Shown: positions 26,573 to 37,566, numbered from the stretch's first letter. The stretch is DNA of 55,874 bases from an uncultured Gammaproteobacteria bacterium (GCA_964470025.1 CAYXZR010000003.1:1-55874), one strand, 5' to 3'. Numbers and translations: made by a program. The notes: a model not told the origin generated them from the sequence alone.

Positions 26573-29500
26573 TTACATACCCTCCGTATATAAATACTGT
26601 GTCATTTGTAAGTGAGTAGCACGTACAATTGAGTTTTCATTGTCGTCTGTGATAACCGCCACATTATCACCTACAGTAAACGTGCCGTTATCTCCGTAGC
26701 CGTTACCGTCCCAATCAGTAAAGTAAACAGTGCCGCCATCAGATAAGTAATTTCCTTTACCATCTGGTGTAAATGAATTGAATACATGAGTAGTGCCTGT
26801 GTTGTGGCATGTAACTATGTAGTCTAGCTCCATTCCAGTTATTCTGTAGGTAGTGCCAGCAACATATGATTGTGCTGTTGTACCGTCTTTAGTGGGGAAA
26901 TCACTCGCATGATCTTTAGCGCTATCATGCTTAACCTCCTGAGCAATCCACAAAACACCTAATCGACCGTTTACATTGACAGACAACGGCATTGCTTTAA
27001 ATGCAAAACTACTAGACGACATTAAATCTATTGGTGTGTGTTTGGGTGCAACGGCAATATCTGTATGTAGTTTGTTGCCGTCTTGCGTGAACGCTTCTAC
27101 ATTGTAATAGCGCTTAGTGTTCGCTGCCTGTGCAGTTGGAATTTTTCCGAAAATGCTTTGAGCCAATAAGCAGCCGTAGTTTGTTCTTGTGTCGTTCGCT
27201 GCAAAAACAATTTTCGGCGAGTTTAGGTTTTCTAGCAAAACACTCGGTGCTGTAAAATTAGCCCTAGATCGATACGTAACAATATGCAGTGAGCTAGATG
27301 CAAAACTCCCAATGCCGTAATTCTTTTCGTTATTAAATGCTGTAGACGGTGTTGTCACCCAAGTATCCCCATCATCAACAGTGTATATTAAACCCACCAT
27401 GCTAGTTTTCTTTCTTGTTAAGTCTGCCCTTTTGCTGGTGCTGTTTGGCACAATCGGTATCCACGAACCGCAAGCCCCATCTGGGAATACCGCTTCAAAC
27501 ACAGCAGGTTTTGCAATAATATCAGTCCAAGTTGGCTCTGCTTGGTAGTATGGTATATTCCACTGAGCACCTATTTTCAACACAGTACCAATTGGGAATT
27601 TGCTATTAAATTCTGCTCTAACATCTCCTGAGTTGTAAAGATAGACGTGGTTACCAACATTCCCATAAGGCCAGTAAACCCAGTTTGTACCGCTACCGTT
27701 CCGCTTAATCTTCATTGAGTTACCATTATCCCCAACGAGAATCCAGTGTGTTGCATTCTTATATTCAAAAACCTTGTTGTTTTGTCCTTGCGGTAAATCA
27801 CTTGCTGACGTGGGGAATGTAATTGTCCCACCTGAGTTAGTTGAGTCATAACTAGCAATAGAATTGGTTGTCACTGTCTCTGTAATAAACTGCGTAAAAG
27901 GCTGCGCTTCCCAACCACGCTTAGTTCCCCCTATTGCTTTTTTAGCGTCATTATTAGCGGTTACTTCTGCGTTAACTTTGCGTGCTGATAAACGTAAATC
28001 TAAAACATCACTCGCGTATATTGCATCGTAACATTTTTCGTCATCTCTACCTTTTTGCCATGAGTTTACGTCCTGTATTCTTCCTGAATATAAATACACA
28101 AAAGACGTAGAGTAATCTGAACCAGCATCAAAACAATCCGAAACACTTAAAGGTTTCTTGGATTGAGTTTTATACCACTTATTAGCGCCAGTACCATCTG
28201 AAAAATGAAAAGATTTGCTTCCAGCAATATTATAAGGATGATAAGCTCCTTTATTTCTACGCTGTACAAGTGCAATAGGGATAGCCCAGCAATTGCCGTT
28301 GTGTGCGATCTCTGAACTCGTGTGTCCAGCACCACCAAATTGAACTACATAATGGCTGTCACTCGCTCTATCCCTAGTTGGTGAATTGGCCAATGCTGTT
28401 GTTTTGTTGTAGTAGACGGCATCTGTGTATTCTAGTCCCCAAGAAGGTGGAGTGGTTTTAATTCCTTGCGGTTGAACAAACTTGTTAGCGGAAGTTTTAA
28501 AACGCAGGCCATAACCCGCCGAGTTAAAGGTCTCTACTTCATCAAGACGCCAAGCACCTTCTAAGCCCGCAATTGTACGAATACGGTACTGACGTTGGAT
28601 GATTTCGCCCAAGTGATTTCTATAACAGTTATTGATTTTGTCTTGGATAAACTTAACATGATTGTCATTGGTTAAATCGGGTAAAAATCCTTTACCTTTA
28701 GTTGTAGTATCACCTACATGGAAAGCGCTGTAACCCTGAGCAACTAGGTTATCGGCAAGTGTAATACCAGACCATGAACCCCCGTATTGACAGCTTCCAT
28801 AAGGATATAAAGGCAAACCAGACGTGGTAATATTCACATCAAAAACTTCTAATATACATAAATCCTGTCTATGAATAACGCTAGCGCTTAATGAATCACC
28901 GCCTGCTGTTATAGCCTCCGCTAACGAGGCAAATCGCCCTGTTCCGTCAGCTTTGTCTAACCCGTCCGGTGCAGAAGGGTATTTAATAAAAGATCTTCCG
29001 TGCTGTAAAAGCCCGTCTGCTCTAGCTACCGTGTGTAATCTGATTTTGGAACCTGATAAGTACACTTCAGAGTAGTTATCATCTGTACCATTAGTTCCTA
29101 TGCTGAGCTGATTATTATTAGCTGATGTTTCAGATAACTCAACTATACCACCAAATGAAATACCATCTTCCGTACCCCACTCAACAAAACCAGCGCCAGC
29201 ATATTTACCTTCGTAACGTGATTCAAAATCTGCTTTGGTAGGCAATACAACACTACCAACAAGGCTTTCTGCTTGGGCTTGTACAGCTGCATAATCATCA
29301 CGCGCTTTTTTAAGTGTTGGAATTTGCTTAGATTGATTGAATCGATTTACATGAGTAACTTCATCTGCATCACCCGAAACAACGTCATCTAAGCTATCAA
29401 CAAAGCTTTCACGGTTATTAATTAGGTTAGATATAGCTAAATTTAACGACTGAATATCACCCGCTGAGCTATGGCGAACAATCGAGTAATTAACACCAGA

Positions 29501-29707
29501 TTGCGTGGTGCCTGCAAAATTCCTATCAAGCGTAATCTGCGTGTTCGTTATTGCTGTAATCTCGTACAGCTTATCCAAGTCTAACGAAAATAAATCACCG
29601 GCTTGCGGCTTGTCTGAGGCATTCGCCCAATTTGTACCAGAGCCAGTTACAATGTTAGAACCATTGGTTACGCTTACCGTACCAACTTTATAGAGTCTTG
29701 TTGCCAT
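26573..29707 (-). CDS. Large tail fibre/tailspike-like protein (1,044 aa)
   Basis: N-terminus VSVTNGSNIVTGSGTNW...GDLF...YEI is typical of fibre N-terminal domains (from memory). Supported also by size and position. Confidence 0.65.
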   Translation of the reverse strand: MATRLYKVGTVSVTNGSNIVTGSGTNWANASDKPQAGDLFSLDLDKLYEITAITNTQITLDRNFAGTTQSGVNYSIVRHSSAGDIQSLNLAISNLINNRESFVDSLDDVVSGDADEVTHVNRFNQSKQIPTLKKARDDYAAVQAQAESLVGSVVLPTKADFESRYEGKYAGAGFVEWGTEDGISFGGIVELSETSANNNQLSIGTNGTDDNYSEVYLSGSKIRLHTVARADGLLQHGRSFIKYPSAPDGLDKADGTGRFASLAEAITAGGDSLSASVIHRQDLCILEVFDVNITTSGLPLYPYGSCQYGGSWSGITLADNLVAQGYSAFHVGDTTTKGKGFLPDLTNDNHVKFIQDKINNCYRNHLGEIIQRQYRIRTIAGLEGAWRLDEVETFNSAGYGLRFKTSANKFVQPQGIKTTPPSWGLEYTDAVYYNKTTALANSPTRDRASDSHYVVQFGGAGHTSSEIAHNGNCWAIPIALVQRRNKGAYHPYNIAGSKSFHFSDGTGANKWYKTQSKKPLSVSDCFDAGSDYSTSFVYLYSGRIQDVNSWQKGRDDEKCYDAIYASDVLDLRLSARKVNAEVTANNDAKKAIGGTKRGWEAQPFTQFITETVTTNSIASYDSTNSGGTITFPTSASDLPQGQNNKVFEYKNATHWILVGDNGNSMKIKRNGSGTNWVYWPYGNVGNHVYLYNSGDVRAEFNSKFPIGTVLKIGAQWNIPYYQAEPTWTDIIAKPAVFEAVFPDGACGSWIPIVPNSTSKRADLTRKKTSMVGLIYTVDDGDTWVTTPSTAFNNEKNYGIGSFASSSLHIVTYRSRANFTAPSVLLENLNSPKIVFAANDTRTNYGCLLAQSIFGKIPTAQAANTKRYYNVEAFTQDGNKLHTDIAVAPKHTPIDLMSSSSFAFKAMPLSVNVNGRLGVLWIAQEVKHDSAKDHASDFPTKDGTTAQSYVAGTTYRITGMELDYIVTCHNTGTTHVFNSFTPDGKGNYLSDGGTVYFTDWDGNGYGDNGTFTVGDNVAVITDDNENSIVRATHLQMTQYLYTEGM

Positions 29708-29730
29708 TTGTGTGCCTTAATTCTTGTTAT

Positions 29731-30339
29731 TTATTGGTAAGGAGTTGCGATTTCCAAAGCATTTGGATTGAAATTGGTTTGCATTTCCAACTTCTTATCA
29801 CCAATACCCAATTCATACTGTCGCTGAAAATAATTAGCTGCTTCGGGGTCGTACCAATCCGTACCAACTTGCCGCTTTAAGATTGCAACCGTGCCATTTT
29901 TAATAGCTTCTGCGTTATCTTCAAAAATTTGGTCGTCAATTTCAGTTGCAGCAAACGTTGGTTTAACCGCAATATTTATTGTTAAGTTGGTGCTGCTTTT
30001 TGGAGTTGGGTAAAGCTTAATGGTGTCGCGTCTTAATAGCGCATAGCATGTTGGCGTGCTTTGTACGGGAAAATTATTAACTTGAGGCACTGGCTCTAGT
30101 TGCTGGCCAGAATCAACCAACTCAACACTATCAATGGACACAACAACCATGTTGGATTCAGGCGCATCTATCGTAAATAGATTCGTCCCAGCGGGAGCGG
30201 TAAGCGAGCCTTGAACTATCCAGGACTTAGTTTTGTCAAAGTAATCTCTAGCGCACTCTAATATCGCACCCTCAAAAACAAAATCAGGTACGTTTGGGCA
30301 ATAAGGCGTTACCAAGCCAATTAAGCTACTTAGATTCAT
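29731..30339 (-). CDS. Virion structural protein (head-tail adaptor candidate), 202 aa
   Basis: N-terminal ...PYCPNVPDFVFEGAILECARDYFDKTKSW motif recalled from post-capsid genes of podophages. 14-nt overlap upstream. Confidence 0.6.
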   Translation of the reverse strand: MNLSSLIGLVTPYCPNVPDFVFEGAILECARDYFDKTKSWIVQGSLTAPAGTNLFTIDAPESNMVVVSIDSVELVDSGQQLEPVPQVNNFPVQSTPTCYALLRRDTIKLYPTPKSSTNLTINIAVKPTFAATEIDDQIFEDNAEAIKNGTVAILKRQVGTDWYDPEAANYFQRQYELGIGDKKLEMQTNFNPNALEIATPYQ

Positions 30340-30970
30340 TTATCACCCCTGAGTCAGCCTTGCTCTTTATACCAAGCTCGTTAAAGCCCCTGCTTTCATA
30401 CTGAGCTGATAAATTTAGATTGCCTGTTGATTCATCATCCTTCATATATCCACGCGCTAAGGTGAAATAAAGCAGCGCGTTAAAATAAATGTCATCCATA
30501 GGCAAAACTTGCGAATCTGTATTAAAGTCCGCTATTTCAATAAAGCTTGGTGATTTTTGGTAAACCAGCTCTACTTGATGCCCTGCAGACGGTTGCGGGT
30601 AAATATAAAAAGTCTTTGGCTCTAGTGGGTCGTGTATAAAATGATTAACCTTGTCGCCACTCTTGTTGTGCCAAGGTATATTTCTATCATCTAGCTGCCT
30701 GCGTTCAACTCGTCTAACTGGCATTCCTGTTGCGATATTTCTAGTTAACGTAATAAAACGAATTCCATCGGCAGGTATCTGCTGCTTACTGCCAGCTATA
30801 GTGCTGTAAGGGACAGTTGCCGCAGTGGTATCAATTCTTGCGTTGGCAACAGCTATAACGGCCTCATTAAAGCAATCAAGCCATTCATCTAAATCCCAGC
30901 CGATTTCAGTCTCGTCAACCGCGATTTTTTGAGCGCGTTTTAGTAGCTTAACTACTTTAATGGTGGCCAT
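30326..30970 (-). CDS. Virion structural protein (head completion/adaptor candidate), 214 aa
   Basis: ORF downstream of the capsid gene. Function is inferred from position. Confidence 0.6.
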   Translation of the reverse strand: MATIKVVKLLKRAQKIAVDETEIGWDLDEWLDCFNEAVIAVANARIDTTAATVPYSTIAGSKQQIPADGIRFITLTRNIATGMPVRRVERRQLDDRNIPWHNKSGDKVNHFIHDPLEPKTFYIYPQPSAGHQVELVYQKSPSFIEIADFNTDSQVLPMDDIYFNALLYFTLARGYMKDDESTGNLNLSAQYESRGFNELGIKSKADSGVINESK

Positions 30971-30978
30971 AAATCCCC

Positions 30979-31302
30979 CTACTGCGCCTTAGCTCGCGAA
31001 TTCGCACCAGTGGTGGTTTTCTTTGTATTGGCCGCTTCTTTGGCTTCAAGCTCTGCGATTCGAGCCTTCAACTGCTCGTTTTCAGCCGAAAGCTCGTCAG
31101 TTTTAGATGCATTAGCCGCTTCTTTAGCAAGCACTTCTTTTGCACGTTCTTCACTGCATCGGGATAAACCGAGTTTCACGCGATTTTTAAACAAAGTTTC
31201 TGTCGCTGGGAATACACGACCTTCTTTGTTTTCTAAAAATTTTGGCATGTCTTTAACAGACTCGCGGTTTACATCTTCTTGTATGATTGTTTTGCGTTCC
31301 AT
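30979..31302 (-). CDS. Hypothetical head-associated protein (107 aa from ATG 31302)
   Basis: GAGG SD 8 nt upstream of ATG 31302. K/A/E-rich coiled C-terminus. The track start 31341 would lie inside the terminator hairpin. Confidence 0.6.
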   Translation of the reverse strand: MERKTIIQEDVNRESVKDMPKFLENKEGRVFPATETLFKNRVKLGLSRCSEERAKEVLAKEAANASKTDELSAENEQLKARIAELEAKEAANTKKTTTGANSRAKAQ

Positions 31303-31323
31303 GATAGGACCTCTTTCAAGTAA

Positions 31324-31352
31324 ACAAAAAAAGCCGCACAAAGGCGGCTTCT
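31324..31352 (-). terminator. Intrinsic terminator/attenuator just after the major capsid gene
   Basis: Minus strand reads AAGCCGCctttgtGCGGCTTTTTTTG. Confidence 0.8.
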
Positions 31353-31377
31353 GGTTGCTATTGGTTTTACCTGGCGA

Positions 31378-32301
31378 TTAACCCAATTGGGCTACTGCGT
31401 GACCAAGTTGCTCTGGCTTGATAACTTCAAAACCGTAAACAAACAATGAACGTGCTAAATCACCAAAATCATTTGGATTTTTCAGCGTTTCGTTTTTAGT
31501 AATTTGGTGGGCAAACGTGGTCGCGCACTTATGACCAAACAACAAGTCATACTTGCCAGTGGTTTTGTTTAGATGACGTGAGCTGTAGATATGCAAACGA
31601 TCAATCATACCAACCTTGCCAGTACGCAAAGTTGAGTTACCGTCACCAGTTAATGATGCGTCTTTAAGCTCAGATGTCTTAATTCGCGCACACATTGCAG
31701 GCGGCAAAATGATAAATCGGTCTGTGTCTGGCGTGTCCGTTTCGTCCAAACAAACACCAACGGATTCAACTAAGAAATCCACAATGTTTGATTTAGTTAG
31801 TGATAGTGGAGCGCCAGACGTACCCAAGTTGATTGCACCTGTATCTTTACCTGCGGCTGCACCAGCATTTACAGCGGCCGCATTTGCGTAGATAGAGCCC
31901 AAAACGTTTTTGTCGACACGAATTTTCATCTTTTGAGCTGCATCATTTGCCCAAGAATCCATTGCGTTTACGTCCATTTGAACGCGATCAACGTCTTTTA
32001 ATTCATACGCAAAGTAATGGCCCTGATCAATCTTTAACGACTGAGATGAACTTTCAGGCTGTTCGTAAATAAGGTTTTGACCTTTACTGTAATCACGAAT
32101 GGTAATATCTGCATGTTCGCGGATGATAACTTCATCACCATGATCTTTGATTTCACCTTCGTAATCCGTATTACAAATTTCGTCATAAAACGTATTCGCG
32201 TAAAACTTAGTTACAAGTTTTGATGACCAAATTTGTGGAATGTACTTGCTATTGCCAGCCACGCCATAATCAGGCTGACCAGCTTCTTTTGGATATGCCA
32301 T
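31378..32301 (-). CDS. Major capsid protein (307 aa)
   Basis: Follows the scaffold. ...IPQIWSSKLVTKFYANTFYDEICNTDYEGEIKDHGDEVIIR pattern of capsid families. Strong AAGAAGG SD. Terminator downstream. Confidence 0.8.
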   Translation of the reverse strand: MAYPKEAGQPDYGVAGNSKYIPQIWSSKLVTKFYANTFYDEICNTDYEGEIKDHGDEVIIREHADITIRDYSKGQNLIYEQPESSSQSLKIDQGHYFAYELKDVDRVQMDVNAMDSWANDAAQKMKIRVDKNVLGSIYANAAAVNAGAAAGKDTGAINLGTSGAPLSLTKSNIVDFLVESVGVCLDETDTPDTDRFIILPPAMCARIKTSELKDASLTGDGNSTLRTGKVGMIDRLHIYSSRHLNKTTGKYDLLFGHKCATTFAHQITKNETLKNPNDFGDLARSLFVYGFEVIKPEQLGHAVAQLG

Positions 32302-32319
32302 TGTTTTTTACCTTCTTAG

Positions 32320-33300
32320 TTAGTTTTGCAGCAATCCAAATAACTCACGGTTTCGTTTGTCGTATTGTTCGTGAGATATTTGTTTTCGCTGAAACTGACG
32401 CTCGTTTTCTTCAATCATTCGCCCTACTTGGCTTGGGTCCATGTTTGCCTGTGAGTACACATCAGACGTATCTAGTGATTGATGGTGACTAACGCTTTGT
32501 TCAAGCGGATTGGATTGCTTACGGGGTTTTGTTTGGTTTGAGTAATCAATGTAGAACTGAGCTGCGGTTCTAATATCACCATTGTTATACGCATCAATAA
32601 GTATTTGGTGTTTCGTTGCTGAACTGTATGGGGCTAACTCTTGCAACCAATCGGTAAACAAAGGATCGCTGTCCACATTCTCAAAGCTAACACCAGCACT
32701 TGCTAAATGCGCTTGCAATCGAGAGTGATTGCTTTCTTGTTGATATTGTCCAAATTTCTGATTAACACTTTCTACCTGTGTTCCAAATTCCGACTTTAAT
32801 TTTGCTACTTCCGCTGCTGCTATTTTTTGGGCTCGCGCTTCAACCGCTGCGGCAAAATCATCACCAAACTCTGAATTCAATAAATCCGTAGAGTTGTGGT
32901 TATCACCTTGACCGTTGTTGCTCCCTGAGCTCATTTGTTGTCGTAAGTTTTGGTTCTCGTCTTTGAGTGATTGAATTTCACGCTTTAAGGAGTCTAATTG
33001 CGAACTGTCCGCGCCCTGTGACTGCAAGCGCTTTATTTCAGAGTTAAGCCGATTCATTTCTGAATTGTACTTACCCTGCAATATTCGATATTTCTGCTCC
33101 CAAGTGTCATTCTGTGAAGTCTGTTCTAAAACAGGTGTTTCACTGCGATTATGGTTTTCAATTTCAGTAGTTGGCTTTTTATCAGTGTTACCTTGATCTT
33201 GCTTGGTAGTTGATTGCTCGCCAGTGTTACCTTGATTTAAACCGCTAATCATTGCGTTAGCTTCCGCTTCCATTCGTTCTACTCGTGATTTACTCGACAT
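32320..33300 (-). CDS. Scaffolding protein candidate (326 aa)
   Basis: Lies between the portal and capsid genes. Q/E/N-rich with long coiled-coil-like stretches. Confidence 0.6.
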   Translation of the reverse strand: MSSKSRVERMEAEANAMISGLNQGNTGEQSTTKQDQGNTDKKPTTEIENHNRSETPVLEQTSQNDTWEQKYRILQGKYNSEMNRLNSEIKRLQSQGADSSQLDSLKREIQSLKDENQNLRQQMSSGSNNGQGDNHNSTDLLNSEFGDDFAAAVEARAQKIAAAEVAKLKSEFGTQVESVNQKFGQYQQESNHSRLQAHLASAGVSFENVDSDPLFTDWLQELAPYSSATKHQILIDAYNNGDIRTAAQFYIDYSNQTKPRKQSNPLEQSVSHHQSLDTSDVYSQANMDPSQVGRMIEENERQFQRKQISHEQYDKRNRELFGLLQN

Positions 33301-33364
33301 TGTTTTACCTCGATTGTGAGTTGCAAAGTCCTAAGAAGGGTGTTTTGCAGTGTTCACTAGATAT

Positions 33365-33386
33365 AAAAAAGGCCGCTTTCGCGACC
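33365..33386 (-). terminator. Intrinsic terminator (minus strand)
   Basis: Minus strand reads GGTCGCgaaaGCGGCCTTTTTT (6-bp stem with one G-U pair, GAAA loop, T6). Confidence 0.6.
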
Positions 33387-33425
33387 TCGTTAAGTTGAAA
33401 AATGAATAACCGCTAAAATAAGTGG

Positions 33426-33653
33426 CTATTCGTTTTCCAAAATTGATTTTGAGCTACTAATGAGCTCAATTAATTCTTTGTGTGCTAACGCCTCACCTTG
33501 AAGCTTTGCTACGTCGCACATATCAGACGCATGTAAAATTTGTTCTTTTGCTGCTTCTAGCTTCTCGGCAAGGTGTGCTGTTATTGCCTCTTTGTGCTGA
33601 AATGAAAGGCTTAAAATGGCTCTTGCGAACATTAATTCACTATTGTTGCTCAT
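33426..33653 (-). CDS. Hypothetical protein (75 aa from ATG 33653)
   Basis: ORF overlapping the portal stop by 14 nt. No motif. Confidence 0.5.
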   Translation of the reverse strand: MSNNSELMFARAILSLSFQHKEAITAHLAEKLEAAKEQILHASDMCDVAKLQGEALAHKELIELISSSKSILENE

Positions 33654-35601
33654 TACCTGCGCCTTGCTGTTGTTGTGCAATTAATCGCTGTTCCAGTTCA
33701 TCTTCTGTTGGAATAATTCGATCTGAAGGAATTGAGCCAGTTTTATAAACTTCCTTGAGCTGTTCGCGTCTGCCTTCCATGCCAATAATTTGCATATCAA
33801 CAGGATTGTTTGTTAATGCTAATAACTCTTGTTGACGCATCATTAAGCTTTCTTTATGAACTAAGCTATCTGAGCCACGCGCCTTACATCTAACATCACC
33901 TTTCGCGTCCTCTGGTATTTCTGGATCAAGCATTAACGTGATATAGAAAGATTCAACCAATGGCTCAATAACGCCAATATCCACATTGCGAACAACTGCT
34001 TTAATGGTTTTGCTCGATGCGTTCATTAGCATTGATAGGCCGCTAGCTGTTTTAGCTGCGCCAGCTCCTTGGTCGCTTCCAAACGCATAACTTGGCAAAC
34101 CTGTAATTTCATCGGCATAACGAACAAACCGCTCATAAACAGATAGCAACTCATTCGCCTTCATTTCAGGCTGAAAAAATGAAATACCTGGACTATTGTT
34201 TTTACTGCCGTTGTAGCGCCAAACTTTCCACGGCACGATACCGGTGGTTCTTTCTCCCGCTGGTCTAGCTGAACTATCAACCGCAACTTGAGGGCCCGAT
34301 GCCATAGCCATATTGTTCATTAGCGCTCTAGCTGAGTTATTCGCTGCATCTTGAGTGTCCGCCATAATTTCTGGCAATGACTTACCCCAAAAAGAACCGG
34401 GCACAACTTCCCAAGAAGCTTTGTAATAAGGCGATCGGCCTGTTGGGTTTGGGTTAATCACAGCGCGAATCACATGATTGCCAATCAAAACAACAGATAC
34501 AGGGTATTCTTCCAGTTCATCGTCAATTACCTCTCTTGATAAACCGTGTTCAATCAGCATTTTTCCCTGTATGCGACCAGTAAACTCTATGCCATCAATT
34601 GTTTCATTAGAGCTTTGCAAACCTTGTCTGCGGCCTTCTAATCGCTCGCGCTCACCATCATTGAATGCCCATTCACGCAAACCGCTAACTCGATGTTGAA
34701 TCAAGGCATTAGCAATACCAACCGTGCTATACCCCTTAACACCACGTAAATTAGCTAATTCAGAAGGTGAAAAACGAATAAGCTCTATAGACCAACCATT
34801 ATTAATACCGGTACTATTGGGTGATGGGTAAAAGTCGTAAGGCGAAACTCGCTTAACTTCACGAACAATTTGTTTAACCATTTGTGGCTTGTAGCCTTCT
34901 GGTGTTTCAATCCACTTTAATTTTTTCTTGTAGCGTAAAATCGGCGCCTTAATTATCGCACTTGGAAATGTAACTAAATCATCCAAAAACATATCAAACT
35001 GACTTCGCCACTCACCTTCAACCAGCATATCTTCAATATATTCAGCTGCTTTTTCGGCTCTTTTTTCAGCTTCGCTATCCAACTCTTGAATTAATCTATC
35101 TTCATGTTGATCAAGTAATTGACTAACCATGTCGGACTGCAAAAAGCTTTGCATGGCTTCTGGTGGCACTTGGTAGTCTTGCATTGCAGATTGAATTGCT
35201 GTTCTTATTAAGGACTCTCGCAAATGCGGTGGCAATTCGGGTATTGGCGTGGGTGATAGCGTAAACGGCCTTTCACCAACAGGACTAAATAAGTCGCTCA
35301 ACCAAGACTTTGCCGCTCTACATTTTGTGCCGGTAATCTGCATGTAAATGTCAGAAACACCCGCTTTTTTAATCTTCTCTAAGTGAGTTGGACTGTACTC
35401 ACCTTTTTTACGATACAAACAATCAGTCAATCGGTGGGTAACATCCATCTTTGCAGACTTAGCCACTTCCCAGCACTGGCGAACATGCGTGGCCAAGCTA
35501 GTTGCATAAGCAGGCGGGTTGGCATTTTCAAGTCGTTGCTGCTCTCGCGCTCTGTCTTGTTGTTCTAATTGTGTCGCGTTTGCTTTAAGTAAAATACTCA
35601 T
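33640..35601 (-). CDS. Portal protein (653 aa)
   Basis: Immediately downstream of TerL (1-nt overlap). Size and position are typical. Confidence 0.75.
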   Translation of the reverse strand: MSILLKANATQLEQQDRAREQQRLENANPPAYATSLATHVRQCWEVAKSAKMDVTHRLTDCLYRKKGEYSPTHLEKIKKAGVSDIYMQITGTKCRAAKSWLSDLFSPVGERPFTLSPTPIPELPPHLRESLIRTAIQSAMQDYQVPPEAMQSFLQSDMVSQLLDQHEDRLIQELDSEAEKRAEKAAEYIEDMLVEGEWRSQFDMFLDDLVTFPSAIIKAPILRYKKKLKWIETPEGYKPQMVKQIVREVKRVSPYDFYPSPNSTGINNGWSIELIRFSPSELANLRGVKGYSTVGIANALIQHRVSGLREWAFNDGERERLEGRRQGLQSSNETIDGIEFTGRIQGKMLIEHGLSREVIDDELEEYPVSVVLIGNHVIRAVINPNPTGRSPYYKASWEVVPGSFWGKSLPEIMADTQDAANNSARALMNNMAMASGPQVAVDSSARPAGERTTGIVPWKVWRYNGSKNNSPGISFFQPEMKANELLSVYERFVRYADEITGLPSYAFGSDQGAGAAKTASGLSMLMNASSKTIKAVVRNVDIGVIEPLVESFYITLMLDPEIPEDAKGDVRCKARGSDSLVHKESLMMRQQELLALTNNPVDMQIIGMEGRREQLKEVYKTGSIPSDRIIPTEDELEQRLIAQQQQGAGNEQQ

Positions 35602-37007
35602 TATGCCCAGCCTTCAGCCGTGTTTAGATCGTCATCTGGATAATCACCTTCGCCAAATGATTCAGAAGAAATAGCAAAACTCATAACTAAGCTGTCAGCT
35701 CGGTTTGGTGATGGAATGTCATTTCGTTTCATTTCTTCCTTACTTACTATTTGAATCATTTGTGAGCCAGGTATTCTTTTTCGTTGAACTTTGATCAACT
35801 CGCTTTTTAATTCATCCAACTCTTTCATTTCAGAATTGATAAAAATTAACTCGCTTGGATCAAAGTATTCTTTGAATGTTACTGCTCGATAGGTTTTTCT
35901 AAAACGTTCCCGCAGTAGCCACCAATATTGAGCTCGTTTGTTTCTGAATGTATCTTTGTTTTTGCGTTCATCTTGATACAATTCAGCTTCTTCATCTGGA
36001 CGTTCAGCCGCGTTAAATGCGTGAATGTGCGTTAATCTGTTTCTTAACCGACTACGCAAACCAACCTTAACGCCTGCACCATTACCTATGCAGTCATACA
36101 CTAAATCAGTAGCGTTATATTCATAGGCTTCTGAGAATGCCCAAGTGATAGCATCATCAATATCGCCATCATCCTTGGTTTTTACATCTTCAATTAGTGT
36201 TCCATGCCTTAGTGTTATTGCCTTAGCGTCTTTACCAGTGTCGGCAGGGTCAAAGCCCACACAGCGCTCACCGTAAATGTTAACGCCAAGTGTTAGGTGG
36301 GCATCAATTGCAGCATCGAACCATTCAGGTTCAATAACTGAGTCCTCGTAAGCTTCAAATAGCTCACCTTCCCAAACATGCAGATACTTCTTGTAATCTC
36401 GCGCTTTAAGCTCAAGCATTTCGCGCATTAACTCGTCAGGGAACCACGGATTGTCTCGCCAGCTTACTTTTGCGACATATATATAGTCATTCTCGTAGAA
36501 GCCATGTTTTTTGATTTCATCCAAGTATGGCTTTACAAACATCTGATAAAGCGGGTCAGTTGGTGCAAATGGATTGAAGGAAAACCACAGTTCTGAGCCA
36601 ACCTTACGAACAGTTGGTATCAGCAAATCAAGCGACTTCTGACTAAATGTGTTTGCTTCTTCACCCCAAAAAATATCAATTCCCTCGAATGATTTAATGG
36701 AATGTGGATTTCTAGCTAAACCTTTAAACCTAAACTCCGAGCCATTTGCGCCATTAATTTCAGTGTTTAAAACATTAAAACAACCACTAAGACCGAGCTT
36801 TTCGATTTCCTGCGAAAGAATTTCGATTACCGATTCATCAATCGAGTTTTGAAACTCCCGCCCACACAAAACCCGCTTTTTTTCCTGAGCGGATATTGCC
36901 GCCAATGCTTTAGCAAACGCAGTAGATTTACCACTGCCGCGACCACCAAAAAAAACCTTTATTCGTTTAGGTCTAAATAGTGGTTCAAATACACTAGACA
37001 TCTTCAT
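35601..37007 (-). CDS. terL: Terminase large subunit (PBSX/Terminase_3-like)
   Basis: Walker A FFGGRGSGKST, LCGREFQNS, WGEEA, FSFNP motifs. Confidence 0.9.
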   Translation of the reverse strand: MKMSSVFEPLFRPKRIKVFFGGRGSGKSTAFAKALAAISAQEKKRVLCGREFQNSIDESVIEILSQEIEKLGLSGCFNVLNTEINGANGSEFRFKGLARNPHSIKSFEGIDIFWGEEANTFSQKSLDLLIPTVRKVGSELWFSFNPFAPTDPLYQMFVKPYLDEIKKHGFYENDYIYVAKVSWRDNPWFPDELMREMLELKARDYKKYLHVWEGELFEAYEDSVIEPEWFDAAIDAHLTLGVNIYGERCVGFDPADTGKDAKAITLRHGTLIEDVKTKDDGDIDDAITWAFSEAYEYNATDLVYDCIGNGAGVKVGLRSRLRNRLTHIHAFNAAERPDEEAELYQDERKNKDTFRNKRAQYWWLLRERFRKTYRAVTFKEYFDPSELIFINSEMKELDELKSELIKVQRKRIPGSQMIQIVSKEEMKRNDIPSPNRADSLVMSFAISSESFGEGDYPDDDLNTAEGWA

Positions 37008-37563
37008 TGTTAGATGGATTTACAAACTCTATTTTTATATTGCTAGGTCCAACTAATGTATTTTTACTTTCAACTTGTTCTTTAAATGCCTGAACCTTAG
37101 TGTGCTTACCAAGCAACTCTAAGTTTTTAACCTTGTCAGGCCATTTGATTTTTTTAAGTACCGCTTCAGTATTGTCGTCAGATAAACTATTTAGCTCCAT
37201 GACATCAATACCACTAATAGTTGTACGCCAGCACTTAGGCCATTGAGACAATGGTTTTAACGTCATGTCATCATTCATAATGTCCACAACGTCCATTTCA
37301 TCAATGTCAATTAAACGCTTTAATACGTAATCAGCATCAAAATTCATGCGCTCCATGCGCTTAGCCTTAGCCTCTTGAAATAATTCCCAAATGCTCCAAT
37401 AATTTTTTGTGCATTTACTCTTGTCATCTTGCACCCACATATACGAGTGCTTTTGCGCTGTAGACTCAGCATAACCCGCTTTAATTGCAGCGTTGTACGC
37501 ATCAAGCTTTTCATCACCCAATACGTACTCAACAAACATTTGAGCTTTGGTAGTTGCAGCCAT
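36994..37563 (-). CDS. terS: Terminase small subunit (Terminase_2-like)
   Basis: N-terminus KAQMFVEYVLGDEKLDAYNAAIKAGYAESTAQ. Overlaps terL by 14 nt. Confidence 0.8.
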   Translation of the reverse strand: MAATTKAQMFVEYVLGDEKLDAYNAAIKAGYAESTAQKHSYMWVQDDKSKCTKNYWSIWELFQEAKAKRMERMNFDADYVLKRLIDIDEMDVVDIMNDDMTLKPLSQWPKCWRTTISGIDVMELNSLSDDNTEAVLKKIKWPDKVKNLELLGKHTKVQAFKEQVESKNTLVGPSNIKIEFVNPSNNEDV

Positions 37564-37566
37564 TAT